From an uncultured Dehalococcoidia bacterium (GTDB taxonomy: Bacteria > Chloroflexota > Dehalococcoidia > Lucifugimonadales > CAZENU01): a DNA stretch of 64,000 nucleotides. The translations under genes and the position numbers were made by a program. Below are positions 53,006 through 61,145 of this stretch, piece after piece (the stretch's first letter is position 1; each line of letters begins with the position of its first letter). The notes beneath the pieces were generated by a model, which was not told where the DNA came from, did not search any database, and worked only from the letters and a program-made list of their open reading frames with translations. The stretch lies in NCBI GenBank assembly GCA_964513735.1, contig CAZENU010000005.1, positions 13,719-77,718 of the forward strand, given 5' to 3'.

Positions 53006-55402
53006 ATGACGGACGTTCACGACGGCGAAAAGCTGAGGGCACAGGCCCTGGAGGCACTCGACTTCGGGACAGTGCGGCAGCGCGTGGCCGGGTATGCCCG
53101 GTTCCACCTCGCGCGAAGCCTGGCCCTCGACCTGGAGCCGATGTACTCTCTGGAGGAAGTGGGCGCGCTCCAGAGCGAGACAGGCGAGGGGCTGGCGTTC
53201 CTGGCTCAAGGCGCGGACGTGGGCCTGCACACCACGGACGATGCCAGTCCGCTGGTGGAGCGCGCGGCGCTTGAAGGCGTCCTGGCAGGCCACGAGCTCC
53301 TGGCGGTGGCCGCTTCGCTCGAGGTGCTGGAGCGCGCGGGCTCGGCCTTCAGGAAGACCGGGGAGTCGACGCCCGGCCTGTCGCGCATGGCGAAGGACAT
53401 CCCCGACGTGAGCGACATACGCCTCAGGGTCGAGGGCAGTATCGGCTCCAGAGGCGAGGTGCTCGACGGCGCCACGCCGGGGCTGGGGCAGCTCAGGCGG
53501 CAGCTACGGAACGCCTACGAGCGGATAGCCGGCGCCCTGGAGCAGTTCATAGCCTCGGCCACAGGCCAGGAGGCTTTGCAGGACCAGGTGGTGTCGATGC
53601 GGGGCGACCGGCTGGTGCTGCAGGTCAAGACAGAGCTGCGGCACCGCGTGCCCGGCATAGTCCACGACGCCTCGAACACCGGCGCCACTGTGTTCGTCGA
53701 ACCATTCCAGACCGTCGAGCTGGGCAACCAGTGGCGCGAGCTGGCACTGGAAGAGGAGCGCGAGGTGGCCTGGGTGTTGCGGGAGATGTCCGCGATGATC
53801 GGCGCGGCCAGGGACGACATCATGCTCGGCATCGAGCTGACTGCCCGCCTTGACCTGGTCCTGGCGAGGGCTCGCTACAGTGCCTCCCTGGGCCAAACTG
53901 TCGGCCTGGGCTCCTCCGACTCCGACGGCGCTCCCGACAGCGCGGGACGGCCACTCGTGAGCCTGCTTGACGCCCGACATCCGCTGCTGGGCGCAGAGGC
54001 GGTCCCGATCACGGTCCAGATGGACCCAGACAGACCGGTCCTCGTGATCACCGGCCCCAACACCGGCGGCAAGACGGTCGCCATGAAGACAGTGGGGTTG
54101 CTGGCCCTCATGCACCAGTCCGGGCTGCTGGTGCCGGCCGCGTCGGGGAGCTCGCTGCCGGTGTTCGACGGGGTGTACGCCGACGTCGGCGACCACCAGA
54201 GCATCCAGCAGTCGGTGTCGACTTTCGGGTCCCACATGCACAACGTCATCGAGATCCTGCGCCACGCCGACGACGGGTCGCTGGTGTTGCTGGACGAGCT
54301 GGGCACGAGCACCGACCCCGAGGAGGGCTCGGCGCTGGCCAAGGCGATACTGAACCGGCTGGCGGCCGGCGGGGTCACGTCCATAGTCACGACTCACCAC
54401 CGCTCCATCGCGACTCACGCCCAGAAGACGCCTTTGATCGCGAACGCCAGTGTAGATCTGGACGCGAACAGCCTCCGGCCCACCTACCACCTGACCTTGG
54501 GTGCCCCGGGCAGGAGCTACGCGATGTCGGTTGCGGCCCACATGGGCCTGCCCAATGACATCATGGAGGACGCCCGCTCGCTTATGGAACCCCAGCACGT
54601 GCTGTTCGAGGACTGGATGAAGGAGCTCCAAGGCGAGCGCGATGAGCTCAAGGCGCGGCTGGAGGAGGCCGACGAGGCTCGGACGCGGGCCAACGCCGCC
54701 CGCTCGGAGATGGAGGCAAGACTGGCCGAGCTCGAGCTGCGCAGGGAGGAGACGCTCCAGGACATCGACCGCGAGCTGAGCCAGGAGTTCGATAGCGCCA
54801 GGAAGCGGATCCAGCGGGCCGAGGCGGCGCTTTCTTGGAAGGTCTCAGACGAGACCGTCAAGCAGGCCACGGCCGAGGTCGCGGCGGCCAAGAAGGCCGT
54901 GCGCGAGGCGCTTCCGGAGCTCCGCAGCAGAGAGGTCAGCCCTCCACGTGAACGGCTCGAGGCCGGAGACCTGGTCGACGTCAAAGGCCTGAACGTCCAG
55001 GGCAGGGTCATCGCGGTCCCGGAAGACGGCCAGGAGATAGAGGTCGCCATAGGCAGCGTCCGCTTCAAGTTCGATGCGCACCGCCTCACGCCGGCCCAGC
55101 GACCGGCGACGGATCAGACCCCGGCGGCAGGGGTCAGCTACGAGCTCGGTCCAATGCTCCCGTCGGTGGAGCTGCATGTCCGCGGCATGAGGGTCGAGGA
55201 GGCACTCATCCATGTCGAGGAGTTCCTGGACAAGGCCATCCGTGACGGCATGAGCTCAATCCGCATCGTCCACGGCAAGGGGACTGGGGCGCTGAGACAG
55301 GCCGTCCGCGAGCTGCTTACAGACCACCCGCTGGCCAGGTCCCACGCCACCGAGGCGCGGGAGCGAGGCGGCGAAGGCGTCACGGTGGTGGAGCTGGTGT
55401 GA
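53006..55402 (+). CDS. mutS2: Endonuclease MutS2 (MutS domain + C-terminal Smr)
   Basis: ORF 52907..55402. Walker A GPNTGGKT, DELGTSTDP, and the Smr domain LHVRGMRVEEAL...IVHGKGTGALR. The start at 53006 has GGAG 10 nt upstream; 52976 is an alternative. Confidence 0.85.
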   Translation: MTDVHDGEKLRAQALEALDFGTVRQRVAGYARFHLARSLALDLEPMYSLEEVGALQSETGEGLAFLAQGADVGLHTTDDASPLVERAALEGVLAGHELLAVAASLEVLERAGSAFRKTGESTPGLSRMAKDIPDVSDIRLRVEGSIGSRGEVLDGATPGLGQLRRQLRNAYERIAGALEQFIASATGQEALQDQVVSMRGDRLVLQVKTELRHRVPGIVHDASNTGATVFVEPFQTVELGNQWRELALEEEREVAWVLREMSAMIGAARDDIMLGIELTARLDLVLARARYSASLGQTVGLGSSDSDGAPDSAGRPLVSLLDARHPLLGAEAVPITVQMDPDRPVLVITGPNTGGKTVAMKTVGLLALMHQSGLLVPAASGSSLPVFDGVYADVGDHQSIQQSVSTFGSHMHNVIEILRHADDGSLVLLDELGTSTDPEEGSALAKAILNRLAAGGVTSIVTTHHRSIATHAQKTPLIANASVDLDANSLRPTYHLTLGAPGRSYAMSVAAHMGLPNDIMEDARSLMEPQHVLFEDWMKELQGERDELKARLEEADEARTRANAARSEMEARLAELELRREETLQDIDRELSQEFDSARKRIQRAEAALSWKVSDETVKQATAEVAAAKKAVREALPELRSREVSPPRERLEAGDLVDVKGLNVQGRVIAVPEDGQEIEVAIGSVRFKFDAHRLTPAQRPATDQTPAAGVSYELGPMLPSVELHVRGMRVEEALIHVEEFLDKAIRDGMSSIRIVHGKGTGALRQAVRELLTDHPLARSHATEARERGGEGVTVVELV

Positions 55403-56061
55403 GGGACACCCTCGTCGCAATCGCGGCCGCGCTGATGGCGATGGCGATGGTCGCCTGCTCCGACGACCGTACCACGCCCGGAGACGCCACGCAGGCGGTG
55501 CCAACGCGGGCCGCCGCGGCCAAAACCGCGGTCCAGCCACAGACTCCGGTTGCTCCGGCAACGTCCGCGGGAATGGCGACGCCGACCGCCGCCCCGGCGC
55601 CGACGCCTCCTCACCTCACCCCGACACCCACCAGCGGGCCGATCATACCCTCGAGCGTGCCGGCCGTGTTCTTCCCCAGAGCCGCCTTCCAAGTGGAGCT
55701 GGCGCTCACCGCGGAGGAGATCGGCCGAGGTCTCTCGGGCCGGGACTTCCTCACTCCCGGCAGCGGCATGCTTTTCGTCTTCGTGCCGAGAGTCGCCCGG
55801 TATTTCTGGATGTTCGAGATGCGGTTCCCTCTCGACATCGTGTGGATATCCGCAGAGTGCGCAGTCGTAGACGTAACCGCAAGTATACCGGCGCCCGCTC
55901 CCGAGACTCCGGTCTCGGAGCTACCCTTGTATTCGCCGTCGTCGAGCGCCGGCTACGTGCTCGAGATCAACGCTGGCGAGGCGGGGCTACAAGGCATCGA
56001 GATCGGGGACGCGGTGCGATTCGCCAACGTGTCCAACTCGGAGGGCATCGCTTGCCCGTGA
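55399..56061 (+). CDS. DUF192 domain lipoprotein
   Basis: 220 aa. Lipobox MVACSD, a Pro/Ala/Thr-rich linker, and the DUF192 pattern GMLFVF...FWMFEMRFPLDIVWI...YVLEINAGE. GTGA overlap with mutS2. Confidence 0.7.
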   Translation: MRDTLVAIAAALMAMAMVACSDDRTTPGDATQAVPTRAAAAKTAVQPQTPVAPATSAGMATPTAAPAPTPPHLTPTPTSGPIIPSSVPAVFFPRAAFQVELALTAEEIGRGLSGRDFLTPGSGMLFVFVPRVARYFWMFEMRFPLDIVWISAECAVVDVTASIPAPAPETPVSELPLYSPSSSAGYVLEINAGEAGLQGIEIGDAVRFANVSNSEGIACP

Positions 56062-56144
56062 ACACGGCCCCGCGCCTCCCGCCAGGGGACTCGAAACGGC
56101 GCGTTTTCCGGGCGTCCGGCCAGTTCGATTGCCACTCGCGCGGC

Positions 56145-56173
56145 TTGACAGTAAGTAGCGCCGATGCTAGAAT
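56145..56173 (+). promoter_or_regulatory. Strong sigma-70-like promoter candidate for citrate synthase
   Basis: TTGACA (56145-56150), 17-nt spacer, TAGAAT (56168-56173), about 135 nt upstream of the ATG at 56311. Confidence 0.5.
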
Positions 56174-56310
56174 TCTCAAGCTCAGCGCCGGGCGTTTTTG
56201 GTCTCTGAGGGCCGGACGTTTGGGCGTGTCCTCAGCACAAGATTCCTCTCGATCTGAGCGGTCAAACCCGGCCAAAGGTCGGGCAGGCGGGCCGGCACAG
56301 AGGGCCATAG

Positions 56311-57462
56311 ATGGCGGCAAGCGAGAAGGTAGAGCTGAGGAAGGGGTTGAAGGATGTCTACTTCGACCGCACGACCGCAAGCCTGATCGTCTCCAAGCCC
56401 GGCAAGCTGCTGTACCGCGGCTACAACATCCACGACCTAGCCCGGTACTCCACCTTTGAAGAGACCGCCTACCTGCTCCTCCACGGCTCTCTGCCAACCG
56501 TCTCGCAACTCGACCAGTTCGATGCCGAGCTTCGCAACAGCCGAGAGCTGCCCGATCAGGTCATGGCGACGCTCCGTATCTACGGCAACGCGCACCCCAT
56601 GGACGCGCTGCGCGGCGGGGTTTCGGCGATGGGTCTCGCGGACCCGTCGGCCGACGACATGTCGGAGGACGCCGTCCTGAAGAAGGGCATGACGGCAACG
56701 GCCGCCGTGGCGACTCTGGTGGCGGCACACTATCGCATCAGGAAGGGCCACGAGCCCATGAGCCCCAACCCCGACCTGAGCCACGCCGCCAACTTCCTCT
56801 ACATGCTCCACGGAGAGGCGCCCGACCCCGAGGACGCCAGGCTCATCGACAAGGACCTGGTACTGCACGCCGAACACGGCAGCAATGCCTCGACCTTCGC
56901 AGCCCGCGTCGCGGCGTCCACCCGCGCCGACTTCTACTCGGCCCTGACGACCGCGGTGTCGGTGCTCAAGGGGTCCAAGCATGGCGGCGCCGCCGAAGGC
57001 GCCATGCAGATGGTGCAGACCGTAGGCAGCGTCGAGAACGCGGCGAGCTACGTGGCCAACCTGCTTGCCACCGGCAAGCGGGTCATGGGGTTCGGCCACG
57101 CGGTCTACAAAGACGTCGATCCCAGATCGGTCCACCTCAAGGCAGATGCGAAGGCGCTTGGCGTCCGCAAGGGCCAGACAAAGTGGTTCTCGATCATCGA
57201 GGCCATCGCCGAGACCAAGGAGATGAAGCGTAGAGCCCGGCTGGGCACCAACCCTAACGTCGATCTGTGGTCCGGCGCTGTGTACTCGCTGCTGGGCATT
57301 CCAGACGACCTGTTCGTGCCGCTGTTCGCCGTCGGCCGTATGCCGGGGTGGACACTGCACATAATGGAGCAGTATTCCAAGAAAGACATCCTCCGACCGA
57401 GGCTGCACTACACCGGTCCCATCGACCTGGAGTACGTGTCCCTCGAAAAGCGGGGCCAGTAA
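56311..57462 (+). CDS. gltA: Citrate synthase (small type; a 2-methylcitrate synthase cannot be excluded)
   Basis: 383 aa. HAEHGSNAST, GFGHAVYK and the VGRMPGW pattern. Confidence 0.85.
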   Translation: MAASEKVELRKGLKDVYFDRTTASLIVSKPGKLLYRGYNIHDLARYSTFEETAYLLLHGSLPTVSQLDQFDAELRNSRELPDQVMATLRIYGNAHPMDALRGGVSAMGLADPSADDMSEDAVLKKGMTATAAVATLVAAHYRIRKGHEPMSPNPDLSHAANFLYMLHGEAPDPEDARLIDKDLVLHAEHGSNASTFAARVAASTRADFYSALTTAVSVLKGSKHGGAAEGAMQMVQTVGSVENAASYVANLLATGKRVMGFGHAVYKDVDPRSVHLKADAKALGVRKGQTKWFSIIEAIAETKEMKRRARLGTNPNVDLWSGAVYSLLGIPDDLFVPLFAVGRMPGWTLHIMEQYSKKDILRPRLHYTGPIDLEYVSLEKRGQ

Positions 57463-57502
57463 AGAACGGCGAACGTCTTCCGGAAGCTAGAAGGGGCCAG
57501 TA

Positions 57503-57691
57503 GTGACCAATCAAGAGGAGCTAGTGTCGGAGTGCCAGCACACCTGGATCATCGATAGCCCGAACGGACCCACGAGTCGGGGCGTATGCAAGGAATGCGG
57601 TGAAAAGGCAGAGTTCAGGAACTCGATACCGATCTCGGGTTGGGACCGAGAGAGCTCTCATAGGAGGAGGGCGAGGCAGGCCAAGAGCTAG
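57503..57691 (+). CDS. Small zinc-ribbon-like protein (62 aa), basic C-terminus
   Basis: GTG start 6-10 nt after aagggg. CQHTW...GVCKECGEKAEF supplies C, H and CxxC ligand candidates. It lies 40 nt downstream of gltA and is followed by a 17-bp hairpin. Confidence 0.5.
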   Translation: MTNQEELVSECQHTWIIDSPNGPTSRGVCKECGEKAEFRNSIPISGWDRESSHRRRARQAKS

Positions 57692-57727
57692 CCGAGATCA
57701 GTGGCTGCTTGTGAGACGTCTGAGTGA

Positions 57728-57766
57728 ACGAAGTAGGGGGCGCCATCGCGGCGCCCCCTACTTCGT
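57728..57766 (+). terminator. 17-bp perfect GC-rich hairpin after the gltA / zinc-ribbon unit
   Basis: acgaagtagggggcgcc / ggcgccccctacttcgt with a 5-nt loop. No U-tract. Confidence 0.5.
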
Positions 57767-57802
57767 CCCCGGACACCGCGCTCTCGCACGACCTGCCACG
57801 AC

Positions 57803-58993
57803 GTGAGCAGTACAGCGCGGCAGGAGGTACTTGCCCTAATCGGGAAGCGGGGCCGCATCACCTTTGCCGAGTTCATGGAGACCGCTCTCTATCATACCCG
57901 TGGCGGCTACTACACCCGCGGCCCCGATTCCGACGCCGGGGCTGACTACTACACCAGCCCGGCGGCGCACCCGGCGTTTGGAGCGGCCATCGCGGTCCAG
58001 CTCTCCCGGATGTGGGATCTGTTGGACCGCCCGGCGCGCTTCACCGCCGTCGAGATGGGAGTGGGTAGCGGACTTCTGGCCCGCGACGTCGTGTCGTACG
58101 CGGGACGCGCTCTGGAGCCCTTCGCCGACGCCCTGCGCTATGTCACCCTAGACCGTGCCAGGCTACCCGACGTGACCGGCTTCGCGCAGCACGTAGCCGC
58201 AACGGGGACGCCGCTGCGAGGCGTGGTGGGCTGCCTGCTGTCCAACGAGCTGCTGGACGCCTTCCCCGTGCACCGCTTCGAGATGCGGGACGGCCGCATT
58301 CTGGAGGTATACGTGGTCGTACGAGACGGCGAGCTATCCGAGACCCTCGATGAACCCTCGACGCCGCTGCTAGCCAGGCACGTAGACCGGCCGGGATGGG
58401 AGCTAGCGGAGGGGTTTCGCGGCGAGGCGGACCTGCACATCGGGCCGTGGATGGCAGGGGTGGCCGGGGCGTTGGAACGCGGCTTTGTGCTGACCGTCGA
58501 CTACGGCTACACGCGGCAGGAGCTGTACTCGGCCGAGCGCGGCGGCGGGACCGTGCAGGGCTACTACCGCCACACCGGCGGGGCTTCTCCGTACCAGCGC
58601 GTCGGCGAGCAGGACATCACCGCCCACGTGGACTTCACCCACGTCGTCGAGGAGGGCCGTCGTGTCAGCCTATCGCCGCTGGGCATCGGGACGCAGACGG
58701 GGTTCCTGCGGGAGCTCGGGCTGAGCGGCTGGCTTGACCGGATGAGGCGAGAACCGATGGCCGAGTCTCGACGGCAGGCCAACCTGATGGGAATGCGCGA
58801 GCTGGTCAAGCCCGATGGGCTCGGAGGCTTCAAGGTGCTGGTCCAGGAGAAGGGCACCGGGCTGGCCGAGCTGCCGGAGCAGACGGTGCCGGCCGCCGAG
58901 GGCCTACCCCTGCCGCTGCTGGGCCCCGAGCACGCGCCGCTGCTGAAGGGCCGGTACCCGCATCTGACCTGGGAACCATCCGAAGCCCGGTAG
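57803..58993 (+). CDS. Class I SAM-dependent methyltransferase, MidA/NDUFAF7 (DUF185) family
   Basis: 396 aa. ITFAEFMETALYHTRGGYYT...YYTSPAAHPAFG...VEMGVGSGLLARD. Confidence 0.8.
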   Translation: MSSTARQEVLALIGKRGRITFAEFMETALYHTRGGYYTRGPDSDAGADYYTSPAAHPAFGAAIAVQLSRMWDLLDRPARFTAVEMGVGSGLLARDVVSYAGRALEPFADALRYVTLDRARLPDVTGFAQHVAATGTPLRGVVGCLLSNELLDAFPVHRFEMRDGRILEVYVVVRDGELSETLDEPSTPLLARHVDRPGWELAEGFRGEADLHIGPWMAGVAGALERGFVLTVDYGYTRQELYSAERGGGTVQGYYRHTGGASPYQRVGEQDITAHVDFTHVVEEGRRVSLSPLGIGTQTGFLRELGLSGWLDRMRREPMAESRRQANLMGMRELVKPDGLGGFKVLVQEKGTGLAELPEQTVPAAEGLPLPLLGPEHAPLLKGRYPHLTWEPSEAR

Positions 58994-59057
58994 CGCGTTT
59001 CCACGACCTGGCAGTGCCCTGACGGAGCTGAGACCGGCGACCCGACGCGAGGCAGCG

Positions 59058-59615
59058 CTATTCGTTGAGACCGAGCCGGGGGGCGACCGGCTTCAGGGCT
59101 TCAATGATGAAGGCGATCATGTCGTCGAGCTCGACGTCCAGATCCTGGGCGCCCTGGCGGATGTCGTCGCGGCTCACCGACTTGGCGAACGCCTTGTCCT
59201 TCATTTTGCGCTTGACCGAGCTGACCTTGGTGTCGGACAGGCTCTTGGTGGGGCGGACCAGCGCGACCGCCGTCACAAACCCGGACAGCTCGTCGCAGGC
59301 GAAGAGAGCCTTCTCCATCAAAGTCTCCCGCGGGATGCCGGTGTGGTTGCCGTGGGAGAGTACGGCGCGGACGATCTCCTCAGGGAAGCCGTGGGAGCGC
59401 AGGATTTCGGCGCCGAAAGTGGGGTGGGACTCCGGGGTGGGGCACACCTCCCAGTCGAAGTCGTGGACCAGGCCGGTGATCCCCCACAGCTCTTCGTCCC
59501 CGCCCTCTTTGCGGGCATACGCCCGCATGCACGTCTCGACGGCGAGGAGGTGCTTCCGCAGACTCTCGCTCTTGGCGTGCTCCTCGACTACCTGGTTGGC
59601 GGTTGCTCTGTCCAT
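59058..59615 (-). CDS. HD/HDIG domain phosphohydrolase
   Basis: 185 aa. H...HD (GLVHDFD) and the LSHGNHTG pattern. Confidence 0.75.
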   Translation of the reverse strand: MDRATANQVVEEHAKSESLRKHLLAVETCMRAYARKEGGDEELWGITGLVHDFDWEVCPTPESHPTFGAEILRSHGFPEEIVRAVLSHGNHTGIPRETLMEKALFACDELSGFVTAVALVRPTKSLSDTKVSSVKRKMKDKAFAKSVSRDDIRQGAQDLDVELDDMIAFIIEALKPVAPRLGLNE

Positions 59616-59678
59616 ATCTCACTCCTGACGTGTACCCGGCGCATTGTACCGGCAAGGAGAGCGCCTGTTTGCCGAAAC

Positions 59679-59782
59679 GCCATTCTGACAAGTCCGCGAG
59701 GAAGAATCTGGTTCGGGGCCGGCGAGGCTCGCCAGGAAGGGACTCCACCCCAGAGACCCTTCGCGTCGTTCAGGGTGACGAC
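59679..59782. repeat. Palindromic REP/MITE-like element (family 1)
   Basis: Forward half gccattctgacaagtccgcgaggaagaatctggttcgggg (about 59679-59718). Reverse half ccccagagacccttcgcgtcgttcagggtgacgac (about 59748-59782). Confidence 0.6.
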
Positions 59783-59861
59783 ACGGCCTCAATGGCAAGC
59801 TAATAGGCGATGACCCGAGGAGGCGCTCAGAGATGCCTCGATACGGGCTGGACGCGGCGGC

Positions 59862-60785
59862 TCAGGCCGCAAGTCCGAGCTCGGCGAGGATTGGCGGGAT
59901 GAGCGCCTTCTCCTCCTCGGTGAGCGACCTCAGCGGGCTGGTCATGGTATCGTGCTCAATGATCCCGAGAATCTTGAGCGCCGACTTGATCCCAGACATG
60001 GCCGATGAGTTGAGGCTGCCCCCGTCGGCGAGCCGGATCACCCGAGTGGCGGAGACGAGCCGGGCGAGGTAGTCCTGGGCGGCTTCCTCGTCGCCACGGT
60101 CGCCTGCCTCCCAGGCTCGGGCCGTGATGGTCGGGACAAGGTTGGCGATGCCCGGAATCACCCCGTGTGCGCCGACGCCTCTGGTCGTCGTGGTGCGGTA
60201 CACCGAGCCGAGGAAGCGGTACATCTCGATGCCGCCCTGCCGGCATAGCGCGTTGAGTTGGGCCAGCGGCTCGCCGGCGCCGGAGCTGTCCTTGGTGCCT
60301 ACGATGTGCCCCTCGCTGCCGAGCATCGCGATCACTCCGGGCTCGATGGCGGTCTTCACCGTCGGGGGGATGTTGTAGGCCCACAACGGCATCCCGACCC
60401 GCTCCGAGATCCGGCGAAAGTGGTCGGCGATCTCGTCTTGGCCGCAGGGATAGTAATACGGAGGCGTCGCCGCGATGCCGGCGAGCCCCATCTCCCGCAC
60501 CGACAGCGCTAGATCGACCGTGAGCCTCGTGGCGGCCCCGGACACGTTTGCGATGACCGGCACACGTCCGGCAGCCTGGTCCGAGACCGTCTCGATGCAC
60601 AGCAGCCGCTGGTCGTCGCGCAGCGCCGCGAACTCGCCCGTCGTGCCGGCGGCCCAGATGCCGTGTACGCCGCCGTCGACGAGGTAGTCCACCAGCCGTT
60701 TCAGCGAGGCCACGTCGACATTCTCGTCGGGGGTCAGCGGCGTCACGATAGGGACGATAACGCCCTTGATTCGGTCGTTGGGCAT
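59862..60785 (-). CDS. Dihydrodipicolinate synthase/N-acetylneuraminate lyase family aldolase
   Basis: 307 aa. GTTGEF and the Schiff-base lysine context VGTKDSSG. It need not be the true DapA. Confidence 0.75.
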   Translation of the reverse strand: MPNDRIKGVIVPIVTPLTPDENVDVASLKRLVDYLVDGGVHGIWAAGTTGEFAALRDDQRLLCIETVSDQAAGRVPVIANVSGAATRLTVDLALSVREMGLAGIAATPPYYYPCGQDEIADHFRRISERVGMPLWAYNIPPTVKTAIEPGVIAMLGSEGHIVGTKDSSGAGEPLAQLNALCRQGGIEMYRFLGSVYRTTTTRGVGAHGVIPGIANLVPTITARAWEAGDRGDEEAAQDYLARLVSATRVIRLADGGSLNSSAMSGIKSALKILGIIEHDTMTSPLRSLTEEEKALIPPILAELGLAA

Positions 60786-60805
60786 TGGCTCCTCCGTCGA
60801 GTCAG

Positions 60806-60843
60806 GGTAAAATACGTAGGGGCGGTTTAGAGACCGCCCCTAC
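60806..60843 (-). terminator. Intrinsic terminator candidate after the moaD/thiS-like gene
   Basis: 12-bp stem cgtaggggcggt / accgcccctacg with a 6-nt loop, followed on the minus strand by uauuuuac. The dapA-like RBS and start come next. Confidence 0.55.
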
Positions 60844-60877
60844 GATTCATCGGCGTGCGCTGGTCGAATTCTCCGGG

Positions 60878-61141
60878 CTAGCCACCGCCGATGGCTGGCA
60901 GGAAGTGCACCTCGCTGTCTTCGCCTACCTTCTCGAGGACGCCCAGCGGGGTTATCTCACCGTCCACCGCCACCGAGATGTTCGCCTTGAGCTTGAACTT
61001 GTCTACCAGTTGCTCCTTTATGCCCGGGTACTCCGTCTCCAGGTTGCTGATCACCTCACGGACGGTGGAGCCAGGCACCAAGACAGTCTCGTGGTCTCCG
61101 GTCAGTTTGCGCATGAGCGACGGAATGAAGACCGTTGCCAT
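60878..61141 (-). CDS. MoaD/ThiS-family ubiquitin-like small protein ending in Gly-Gly
   Basis: 87 aa. Beta-grasp-type pattern with C-terminus FLPAIGGG. The start is 4 nt after the stop of the molybdopterin subunit gene. Confidence 0.75.
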   Translation of the reverse strand: MATVFIPSLMRKLTGDHETVLVPGSTVREVISNLETEYPGIKEQLVDKFKLKANISVAVDGEITPLGVLEKVGEDSEVHFLPAIGGG

Positions 61142-61145
61142 CTGC

